Source: Patescibacteria group bacterium
Lineage (GTDB): Bacteria; Patescibacteriota; Doudnabacteria; UBA920; VMFF01
Direction: 5' to 3'
Length of the DNA stretch: 64,000 nt
Assembly: GCA_038065615.1 (NCBI GenBank)
Contig: JBBTQQ010000008.1
Location: 10,658-74,657, forward strand
The notes beneath the pieces are model-generated. The model made no database searches. It was not told the DNA's origin and saw only the letters and a program-made list of their open reading frames with translations. The position numbers and the translations under genes are program-made. Below are positions 56,975 to 64,000 of the stretch, in pieces (position 1 is the stretch's first letter; each line of letters opens with the position of its first letter).

Positions 56975-59890
56975 TTATTCTAAATCCGCAAAGTCACACC
57001 TGTGTTCCCTAACCTTTTCATGAAGCTGCTTGAATGAATCCATCTTTATGGCATTATGTATTTCCTCGATTGTTCCTAGGAGATATTCTTTCATGTGTTC
57101 TAGTTCTTCCTTGGAAGCAATGATGTCTTCTGAAAGCTCATTGTCCTTTAAAAACCAATAGTTTAGCTTTGAAACCTCATGTTTAAAGTATTCTTCAGCA
57201 GCCCACTGATATATGTAGAGCTGGTATCTGTTTTCTTTGTCATCTTTAAACTTTTCTCCTGTTTTGTAATCAATGATCTGAAGTTTACCATCCAGCAACA
57301 AGTCAGCGCGGTCTATTTTTCCTGTAAACGTATATTCACCAAGCTTTAAAACAAACCTCTCTTCAATGTATTTAGGAACAAACTTTAGTTTTTCAAAAGA
57401 ATCGTAAAAACTACGAAGCATTTTACGTCCTCGTTCTCTGTATTCTTCTTTGTCTTTTTTGGTTGGATACCATTCATCAATCCAGTATGACTCATACATT
57501 TTCTGCAAAGCTTCAAATGCAGGAAGTTTGCTCTTTTCTTTTTCAGCTCCAAACAAATCAAGCTGTTTTTCTTCAAGATTTGTTTTGTACTGCTTCAAAA
57601 ATCTTTCAAAGGTTGTATGAATGGTGTTACCAAATGAAAGATGTTTGCTTCCTTTGGTTGGTAAATGCAACAAATATTTGTACTTGTAACCCAAAGGGCA
57701 CTTCTTGAACTCATTTATTGCTGTGTAGTTAAATGAGGTCGGTAATTCAAAATTCAGCTTCTTTGGAAGTTTCTTTTCTTCAAACTTTGTTCGTTTTAAT
57801 ATCTCAACACTTTTTTCAGGCTTTGCAACTAAACCAATATCAATTAAAAACTGAGAGGGTTTTCTAGCTCTTTGTCCACCATAATCAGAAGCATAACTAA
57901 AGTAAAGGTTTTGTTTAGCGCGAGTCATCGCAACATAGAACAAACGACGCTCTTCCTGTAAATGTATATCCCCCTCCGGTAATATTTCCTTAACCAACTC
58001 TTTTGGAATTTCAATTGCTTCTTTTCGATCTCTGCTAGGAAAACGCTGATCAACCATGTTAACAACAAAAACGTTTTTAAATTCCAAGCCCTTTGCTGAG
58101 TGTATGGTCATGATCTTAATGCTTTCAGGGCCTTGGTTTGGATCAAAATCAAGCTTTCCTTCGTCTCCAGCCTCTTGTTCAAACTCAATGAAAGCAAGGA
58201 AATTCCTCACTGTTTTGTCAGTGTTTTCAACTTCAAATGTTTCTATTTTCTTGTAGAATTGGTTTATGAAGTCAGCTTCTCCTGGCTCTCCCTCCCCCTT
58301 TTCAATACGTTCATCTAATTTTAAGCCATAGATGCCGTTTACAAAAACCTCAGCTATACTTTTAGTTTTAGTTTCCTCTGCTTGTTTTTTTAGGAAAGCA
58401 ATTAACTGATTAATCTTTGTTATGCTGTCATTTTTCAATGTTGGTAAAAGTGCTACTTGCTCTAAGCTCTCATACAAAGAAAGAGTTTTCTTTTGGGCAT
58501 GTTGCAATATCTCAATCATATCTCGATGATCAAATCTAAACTGCTCCATGTTCATAACTCTAAACAGAGCATTCGTGTCATGAAAATTAACAAGTAATTT
58601 TAAATATGCGATTAAATCAACAATGATTGGTTTCTTGTAGAGCCCTTTGTTCGCAACAAAAGTATACGCAAGATTAAGAGATGTGAATTTTGAAATGAAT
58701 GGCTCTGCCGTGTCATTTGAACGAACTAGGATAGCAAAGTCATTCCATGTTGTTTCTTTTTGTTTTTTCAATTCTAACATCTTTTTAACAACCAGATCAA
58801 CTTCATCTGAAAGAGTTTGTCCTGACAAAACAGCAATCTCTCCTTTTTCTTTTTTTGCAGATACAAGTTTTTTATTGATCTTTAACTTTGGCTCTAGTCT
58901 TTCAGGATTATTTAGCTGGATGAAGTTGTATGCGGTATCTAATATTCCTTGAGTTGATCTGTAATTTTCTGTTAAGGTAATTTCTTGAGCTTTAGGAAAA
59001 TCTTTTTTAAAGCGCATAATATTAGAAACAGATGCGCCTCTAAACTTGTAAATACTTTGATCATCATCGCCAACAACAGTTAAGTTGTTCTTTGGTTCAG
59101 CCAGCAGCTTTATTAACTCATACTGTGCGTAGTTAGTGTCCTGAAACTCATCAACCAAAATATATTTAAATTTGCTTCTGTAAAAGTTTAAGATCTTTGG
59201 ACGAGTTCTAAAAAGCTTTAAAGCATAGTTAATTAAATCACCAAAGTCTAAAGAATCATTTGAAAGCAACAATCTTTGATATATGTGGTAGGCCTTTGCA
59301 ACCTCGTTTAAACGAACTATTTCTTCTTCTGAATCATATTCTGGATTGCTTTTGTCTAATTTAGTGTTTTTAGCAAACTCTAAATACTCTTCAGGAGAGA
59401 TTTCCTCATCCTTAAGCTTGCTGAAGTGCTTTAACAGGGCTTTGATGAACTTAGTTGGGTTTCCCAAGGTTCTGTAGTATTCAAGCTCAAATTGGTCCAA
59501 ATTTTGACGCACAAGCAACCACTGACCAACCTCTTCAAGCATTTTAAAGTCATTTGAAATACCAATATCTAAAGCATGTTGTTGTAAGACTCTTTGGCAA
59601 AATCCATGGAAGGTATGTATCCAAAGATCGTGATATCCATACGGAAGCAATATATCAACTCTTTGTTCCATTTCAGTTGCTGCTTTTTCAGTGAACGTTA
59701 AAGCGAGAATTTCTTCTGGTTTAACACCTGATTCTATAAGCTGAGCAATTCTTCTGGTTATGACTGTTGTTTTTCCTGTTCCAGCTCCTGCGATTATTAA
59801 CAAAGGACCGTCACCATAGCTAACAGCACTCTGCTGAGCAGTATTTAAATCTGAAAGGAGTTTTTCTTGTGCTTTTTTAGTTTTTACCAT
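56975..59890 (-). CDS. UvrD/PcrA-family helicase with C-terminal PD-(D/E)XK nuclease (AdnA/AddA-like)
   Basis: 'AGAGTGKT', 'VDEFQDTN', 'GDDDQSIY.FRGA', 'TIHSAKGLEF'; nuclease 'GKIDRAD...IIDYKTG', 'QL.IY'; ATG at 59890. Confidence 0.92.
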   Translation of the reverse strand: MVKTKKAQEKLLSDLNTAQQSAVSYGDGPLLIIAGAGTGKTTVITRRIAQLIESGVKPEEILALTFTEKAATEMEQRVDILLPYGYHDLWIHTFHGFCQRVLQQHALDIGISNDFKMLEEVGQWLLVRQNLDQFELEYYRTLGNPTKFIKALLKHFSKLKDEEISPEEYLEFAKNTKLDKSNPEYDSEEEIVRLNEVAKAYHIYQRLLLSNDSLDFGDLINYALKLFRTRPKILNFYRSKFKYILVDEFQDTNYAQYELIKLLAEPKNNLTVVGDDDQSIYKFRGASVSNIMRFKKDFPKAQEITLTENYRSTQGILDTAYNFIQLNNPERLEPKLKINKKLVSAKKEKGEIAVLSGQTLSDEVDLVVKKMLELKKQKETTWNDFAILVRSNDTAEPFISKFTSLNLAYTFVANKGLYKKPIIVDLIAYLKLLVNFHDTNALFRVMNMEQFRFDHRDMIEILQHAQKKTLSLYESLEQVALLPTLKNDSITKINQLIAFLKKQAEETKTKSIAEVFVNGIYGLKLDERIEKGEGEPGEADFINQFYKKIETFEVENTDKTVRNFLAFIEFEQEAGDEGKLDFDPNQGPESIKIMTIHSAKGLEFKNVFVVNMVDQRFPSRDRKEAIEIPKELVKEILPEGDIHLQEERRLFYVAMTRAKQNLYFSYASDYGGQRARKPSQFLIDIGLVAKPEKSVEILKRTKFEEKKLPKKLNFELPTSFNYTAINEFKKCPLGYKYKYLLHLPTKGSKHLSFGNTIHTTFERFLKQYKTNLEEKQLDLFGAEKEKSKLPAFEALQKMYESYWIDEWYPTKKDKEEYRERGRKMLRSFYDSFEKLKFVPKYIEERFVLKLGEYTFTGKIDRADLLLDGKLQIIDYKTGEKFKDDKENRYQLYIYQWAAEEYFKHEVSKLNYWFLKDNELSEDIIASKEELEHMKEYLLGTIEEIHNAIKMDSFKQLHEKVREHRCDFADLE

Positions 59891-60341
59891 TCTTGTCTCC
59901 TGCAACAAAACTTACCCATTTTTTCCAAGGATCATTGCCTGTGCTTTCCTGATATCCAATCCAGAAATCCGCTGGTTCAACAATCTTTACATTCTCAACT
60001 TTCTTTAATTCAAGCAAAGCTTTGTCTTCAGTTATTAAATAGTCAGCCTTTGCTTCAAGTGCAGATTCTAATATCTTGTTGTCTTCTGGATCTGACACAA
60101 TATGTACTCTTTTTTTGTTCTGAACTATATTAACCTGTCTCAAGAATCTATCTAGTTCTTTCTGGTACTCTGTATCGTGAATCAGCTTCTTTAAAATGAA
60201 ACTGTTTTCTCTTAATGTCTGATTGTTTGCGTAAGCCTGGATGTGTCCTAAAATCGCTTCATTGATGATTTGTTTTTGGTATGAGTACTCATCTTTAAAA
60301 GCAGTAATTAAAACATTGGTATCTAGAACAACTCGTATCAT
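59877..60341 (-). CDS. PIN-domain protein
   Basis: 'VVLDTNVL', 'DPEDNKILESA', 'ADYLITED..LL'. Confidence 0.88.
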   Translation of the reverse strand: MIRVVLDTNVLITAFKDEYSYQKQIINEAILGHIQAYANNQTLRENSFILKKLIHDTEYQKELDRFLRQVNIVQNKKRVHIVSDPEDNKILESALEAKADYLITEDKALLELKKVENVKIVEPADFWIGYQESTGNDPWKKWVSFVAGDKNGKN

Positions 60342-60898
60342 TATTTTTTTTCTTCTGTTTTCTTGCCAGTAATATTTCTACTAAAAAACTTAAAACCACG
60401 CATTGGCATCAAGTATTTCTTCTCCAGATCAAGGTCAATGAAATTATCTGCAAGTTCTTTGATCTTGCTAGAAGTTGATTTACCAAAAGAACAAACCTCA
60501 ACTAACTGTCCTGACATCTGAAGATATTCAAGCAATGGCGCGAAGTCTCCATCTCCGCTACACAGAACAACAACATCAAGCTTGTTCATGAGCTTAATGA
60601 TATCCATGGTAATACCAACATCCCAATCTCCTTTTTGAGCTCCCCCGTAAAAAGTTTGTAAGTCTTTGCTTTGTATTTCAAAACCAGCTTTGCTTAAAGC
60701 ATCAAAAAAAGACTGTTCTTCAGGCATATCCGCTTTAACTACGTACGCGATCGCGCGAATTAATTGCCTATCACCAACAGCCTCTTTTAATATTTCTGAA
60801 AAGTTAACCCTTGAATTATATATATTTCTTGCTGAGTAGTAAAGGTTTTGTACATCTACGAAAACTCCTACTCTCTGAAAATTGTTCCTTATGGACAT
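60341..60898 (-). CDS. NYN-domain (LabA/DUF88) protein
   Basis: 'FVDVQNLY', 'KGDWDV', 'SGDGDF'. Confidence 0.9.
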   Translation of the reverse strand: MSIRNNFQRVGVFVDVQNLYYSARNIYNSRVNFSEILKEAVGDRQLIRAIAYVVKADMPEEQSFFDALSKAGFEIQSKDLQTFYGGAQKGDWDVGITMDIIKLMNKLDVVVLCSGDGDFAPLLEYLQMSGQLVEVCSFGKSTSSKIKELADNFIDLDLEKKYLMPMRGFKFFSRNITGKKTEEKK

Positions 60899-60909
60899 AA
60901 ATTTATGTA

Positions 60910-61917
60910 TTAATCAATTAACTTAACCGGCTCTTCCGGTTCCTCTATTTTTAAACTAGCCACTTCTTCTATTTTGTTATGTATTCTTTCATAGCCGGAA
61001 CCGACCAAATCCAGCGTTGATTTAGCATTAGTAACATGTTTTGTTAAAACACTTAAATTAACTGTGAATCTTTCTGAGTCTTGTTTTAATCCCTGAATGA
61101 CCTGAAGGATATGTTGAGCGTGCTCACTTATACGTGCTCCTTGTAACCCAATTAAGATGACTTGGAGGAAGTAATAGAAGGTGGAGGGAGAAACAATATG
61201 AACGTGTTTTAATCGAGCATATTCATATATTTCTACATCATCAGAAATCTCGTTAAAAACACCGTCTGCGGGAACATACATTAAAGCAAAATCCAATGTT
61301 CCTTCTTCAGGCAAAATGTATTTCTTTGAAATCTCTTCCACTCTCTTTTTAACATCCCGAATGAAAATCTTTCGCATTGCATCGCGTTGTTCATCTGTTT
61401 CCGAGTTAATATATGCCCTGTAGTTTTCCATGCTAAACTTGCTATCCATTGCAAGCAAACGATCATTAACTCGAACAATGCTATCAGCTGTTTCACCAGT
61501 TCTAAATCTGAACTGAATTTCATACATATTGCGAGGCAATGACTGTCTAAGCATTTCTTCCATTATCTGTTCACCTATGGTTCCTCTTTTCTTTGATGAA
61601 AGAAGAAAGTCTTGAACATATGACAGAGATTTACCAATCTGTTGCATCTGCCCTAGTTCTTTAGAAACAGTACCAATCACTTTTGCCGCGTTGTCTAATC
61701 TCTCATTAATCTCCTTATTTGTTGTATTGATGCTTTTTTGCATCTCTTGTCTTGTTTGATCAGTACCGTCTTTTATCTGTTTCATCCATTCAATCATCAA
61801 TTTCATAGACTGATCATCTTGCGGCTTTGCTTTGGAAAGGCGAGCAACAAACCAAAACAACCCGGCAAAGCCGAGGATAACGAGGGCGATTAAAACGTAT
61901 ATTAGATTTGAATTCAT
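60910..61917 (-). CDS. rmuC: DNA recombination protein RmuC
   Basis: N-terminal TM, 'RGTIGE', 'DSKF', 'KYI....TLDFALMYVP', 'VSPSTF'; ATG at 61917. Confidence 0.88.
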   Translation of the reverse strand: MNSNLIYVLIALVILGFAGLFWFVARLSKAKPQDDQSMKLMIEWMKQIKDGTDQTRQEMQKSINTTNKEINERLDNAAKVIGTVSKELGQMQQIGKSLSYVQDFLLSSKKRGTIGEQIMEEMLRQSLPRNMYEIQFRFRTGETADSIVRVNDRLLAMDSKFSMENYRAYINSETDEQRDAMRKIFIRDVKKRVEEISKKYILPEEGTLDFALMYVPADGVFNEISDDVEIYEYARLKHVHIVSPSTFYYFLQVILIGLQGARISEHAQHILQVIQGLKQDSERFTVNLSVLTKHVTNAKSTLDLVGSGYERIHNKIEEVASLKIEEPEEPVKLID

Positions 61918-62002
61918 ATATATGAAGTATATCAAAGCTAGGTAAATTAAAAAACTCCCGTAGGAGCTTGCCAATGCTGATATCTAACCTAATTTATATA
62001 CA

Positions 62003-62338
62003 TTATCCAATTGATAGAAGTACAATAGACACTATTGCTGCCACTATCCCAAAAACACCAATAAGACTTAATCTCTCGCTAAAAATTAAAACACCAATCA
62101 ACACTGTAGTTAACAGACTTAGGACTGACCACATTACGCCTACAATGGATAGCTGATTCTTTTGCAAAATTGCCGGTAGCCATGCAAGTGTTCCTAGTGA
62201 ATAAGCTAATATGATTAAAAGGACAAAACTTAGCTTCGGTGTTATAGCAAACTTTTTAGATAGAAATTCGCCAGCCGCAAAAAAAAGAGCGGAAAGTACT
62301 AACCAGTAGAAATAGTTAATTGATAATAGGAATTTCAT
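62003..62338 (-). CDS. SMR/DMT-family small membrane transporter
   Basis: Four TMs, TM1 Glu 'AGEFLSK', 'GVLIFSERLS'. Confidence 0.75.
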   Translation of the reverse strand: MKFLLSINYFYWLVLSALFFAAGEFLSKKFAITPKLSFVLLIILAYSLGTLAWLPAILQKNQLSIVGVMWSVLSLLTTVLIGVLIFSERLSLIGVFGIVAAIVSIVLLSIG

Positions 62339-62351
62339 TTATCAAAAGTAA

Positions 62352-62428
62352 TGGCGGAGCCAAGGGGACTCGAACCCCCGACCTTCCGCGTGACAGGCGG
62401 ACGCTCTAACCAACTGAGCTATGGCTCC
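62352..62428 (-). tRNA. tRNA-Asp (GTC)
   Basis: GGAGCCA...TCCGC-CTGTCAC-GCGGA...GTTCGAG...GCCA. Confidence 0.97.
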
Positions 62429-62448
62429 ATAACATATTTAGTTTTCTC

Positions 62449-62525
62449 TGGTAGCGGAGAGTGGAATTGCACCACTGACCTTGGGCTTATGAGTCCCACG
62501 CTCTAACTAACTGAGCTACTCCGCC
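62449..62525 (-). tRNA. tRNA-Met (CAT), elongator-like
   Basis: GGCGGAG/CTCCGCT acceptor, CTCATAA anticodon loop, CCA; atypical T-loop TGCAATT. Confidence 0.9.
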
Positions 62526-62576
62526 ATGTCTTTAAAAAAATCCTCAGACAGAGGAAATGATCTGTCACGATTATTT

Positions 62577-62652
62577 TGGTTGCGGGGGTGGGACTCGAAC
62601 CCACAACCTCAAGGTTATGAGCCTTGCGAGCTGCCAATTGCTCTACCCCGCT
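62577..62652 (-). tRNA. Initiator tRNA-fMet (CAT)
   Basis: AGCGGGG/CCCCGCA with 1:72 mismatch, GAGC/GCTC D-stem, CTCATAA loop, ACCA. Confidence 0.92.
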
Positions 62653-62704
62653 ATATATCTACTTGCGTAATTTAACATATTCTTAATCTTTTTTCAAGGG
62701 TTGT

Positions 62705-62739
62705 AAAAAACAACACCTCCTAATTTTGGGAGGTGTTGT
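62705..62739 (-). terminator. Intrinsic terminator of the microprotein gene
   Basis: ACAACACCTCCCAAAATTAGGAGGTGTTGTTTTTT on - strand. Confidence 0.8.
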
Positions 62740-62775
62740 CTACTCCTTGCGGAGTATCGCTTGAGAAAGAAGAAA

Positions 62776-62859
62776 CTAGATTCTCTTCTTTGCAGTTCTC
62801 TTCTTAGCTTTGCGCTTTGGAGCTGCTTTCTTCTTTGCGACTTTTCTCTTCTTTGCCAT
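62776..62859 (-). CDS. 27-aa Lys/Arg/Ala-rich basic microprotein (histone H1-like), not in ORF track
   Basis: MAKKRKVAKKKAAPKRKAKKRTAKKRI*; GAGGAG SD, own promoter and terminator. Confidence 0.75.
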   Translation of the reverse strand: MAKKRKVAKKKAAPKRKAKKRTAKKRI

Positions 62860-63015
62860 TTGCGGCTTTCTCCTCGAGTGCACTATATTTTGGTGCTCTC
62901 GATAATTATTTTTCTACATTCCAAGTAAACCTGGAAGGTAGTGTCGAAGGGAATAAATACGTTCCGTGCTTCTGAGTTTTATGTTTGCTTTCGTTTCAAT
63001 ATGTTTTCTAGAATA

Positions 63016-63044
63016 ATTTTAATGCTAAAACCGTTATTTGTCAA
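63016..63044 (-). promoter_or_regulatory. Near-consensus sigma70 promoter for the microprotein transcript
   Basis: TTGACA-17 nt-TAAAAT on - strand. Confidence 0.75.
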
Positions 63045-64000
63045 GCGATTTTCTAACTTTGTCAATGGATTTGATCGCAAGCTTGCGCAAATATTTTTCC
63101 GCGTCTCTTTTGTTCTTCAAAACGCCTTGCACTTGTTTTACTTTTATCTCCCGAATTACATTTCCAACGTGTGGACCTGGCTTAATTTTCAAAATCTTTT
63201 GAATCATATCTCCAGAAATTAAATCTTGCTGCCAAGCTCGTCTTGCTTTCTTCCATTTATTAAACATTCTCTTGTAAACATTAAAATCTTTTTTGATTAC
63301 TCTCCCCTTTTCATCGGTTCTCACTGATGCTTTACTGTCTACTAAACGTAAACGTATCAAATCACCAAAATCTTCATTTTGTGCCCATTTTACAAGCACT
63401 TTAAATGATAATTGCTCTGAACGGGTTATGTCCATATGATGCTTAACAAGGTATCCGATCTTTCTTTTTTCTTCTTTTCTAAAAGGAAAATCCTTTGCTA
63501 TTGATTCAAAAATCAAAGCACCAACGTTAGCATGACCAAAGAATGAAATATGTTGTCTTCCACCAAGTATTTTCTTTTCACCAGTTGATACTTTACCAAT
63601 GTCATGGAAGAGCAAGGCATAACGCATTGTAAGATCAAAATCATCTGCGAATGTCATGCAAAACATAGTGTGCTTAAACACATTTCCTTCAGCGTGAAAG
63701 TTTTTTGACTGTTTAACACCCTTTAAGTTATCCACAGCTGGGAAGATTTCTTTTAACAAAAGAGTTTGATCTAAAAGTTCTAATCCTCTTACAAAGTTCT
63801 TGTCAGACATTATTCGATCAAGTTCTTCTTTGATTCTTTGTCCTGATGTTTTATGAATTAACTTAGAATGTTTTTTAATGACTGATAAATCTCTTTTGTT
63901 GATGTTAAACCCGAGCTTAGATGCAAAACGAACAGCACGAAGCATTCTCAAAGGATCTTCTTTGATTCTTTTCAAAGCTGAACCAACAAAATGAACCTCT
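63034..64000 (-). CDS. CCA-adding tRNA nucleotidyltransferase / poly(A) polymerase family with HD domain (5' end outside window)
   Basis: 'EDPLRMLRAVRFA', 'H.EGNVFKHT', 'LFHDIGK', 'PGPHVG'. Confidence 0.9.
   Translation of the reverse strand, partial: EVHFVGSALKRIKEDPLRMLRAVRFASKLGFNINKRDLSVIKKHSKLIHKTSGQRIKEELDRIMSDKNFVRGLELLDQTLLLKEIFPAVDNLKGVKQSKNFHAEGNVFKHTMFCMTFADDFDLTMRYALLFHDIGKVSTGEKKILGGRQHISFFGHANVGALIFESIAKDFPFRKEEKRKIGYLVKHHMDITRSEQLSFKVLVKWAQNEDFGDLIRLRLVDSKASVRTDEKGRVIKKDFNVYKRMFNKWKKARRAWQQDLISGDMIQKILKIKPGPHVGNVIREIKVKQVQGVLKNKRDAEKYLRKLAIKSIDKVRKSLDK

Overview
A 64-kb, AT-rich chromosomal segment from a reduced-genome bacterium using genetic code 11. It is most likely Patescibacteria/CPR; this is inferred from the orphan VirD4-like ATPase, T4SS-type pilin, TRM11-like methylase and absence of amino-acid biosynthesis genes. 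Most of it is housekeeping: secF, mnmA, hppA, fmt/def, gltX, pepN, iscS/nifU/fdx, rpmA, pyrG, rplI, ftsEX, frameshifted prfB, a dTTP/nucleotide cluster, secE-nusG-rplK-rplA, gyrB, pheST, a UvrD-nuclease, a CCA-adding enzyme and 4 tRNAs. Gene orientation flips from mainly + to mainly - at about 25.95 kb, exactly at a palindromic dif-like site, so the window probably spans the replication terminus. The best candidates for undescribed biology are five. (1) A GC-rich, promoter-led, highly structured ~245-nt RNA at 32872-33118 with a 12-bp long-range pseudoknot that covers an SD-led start codon. (2) An island after tRNA-Gln encoding a split, modular dikinase (one ATP-grasp gene, two substrate/His-swivel genes) among NUDIX and NDT-like genes, with a 174-bp duplication scar recording module insertion. 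(3) A pilin fused to a Hedgehog/DD-peptidase-type Zn domain, plus a membrane-anchored paralog, next to an M23 peptidase. (4) A lone GC-rich, SD-led cassette at 7.2-7.6 kb. (5) A 27-aa Lys/Arg-rich microprotein behind a structured leader. All calls come from reading the sequence by eye; no searches or folding programs were run.
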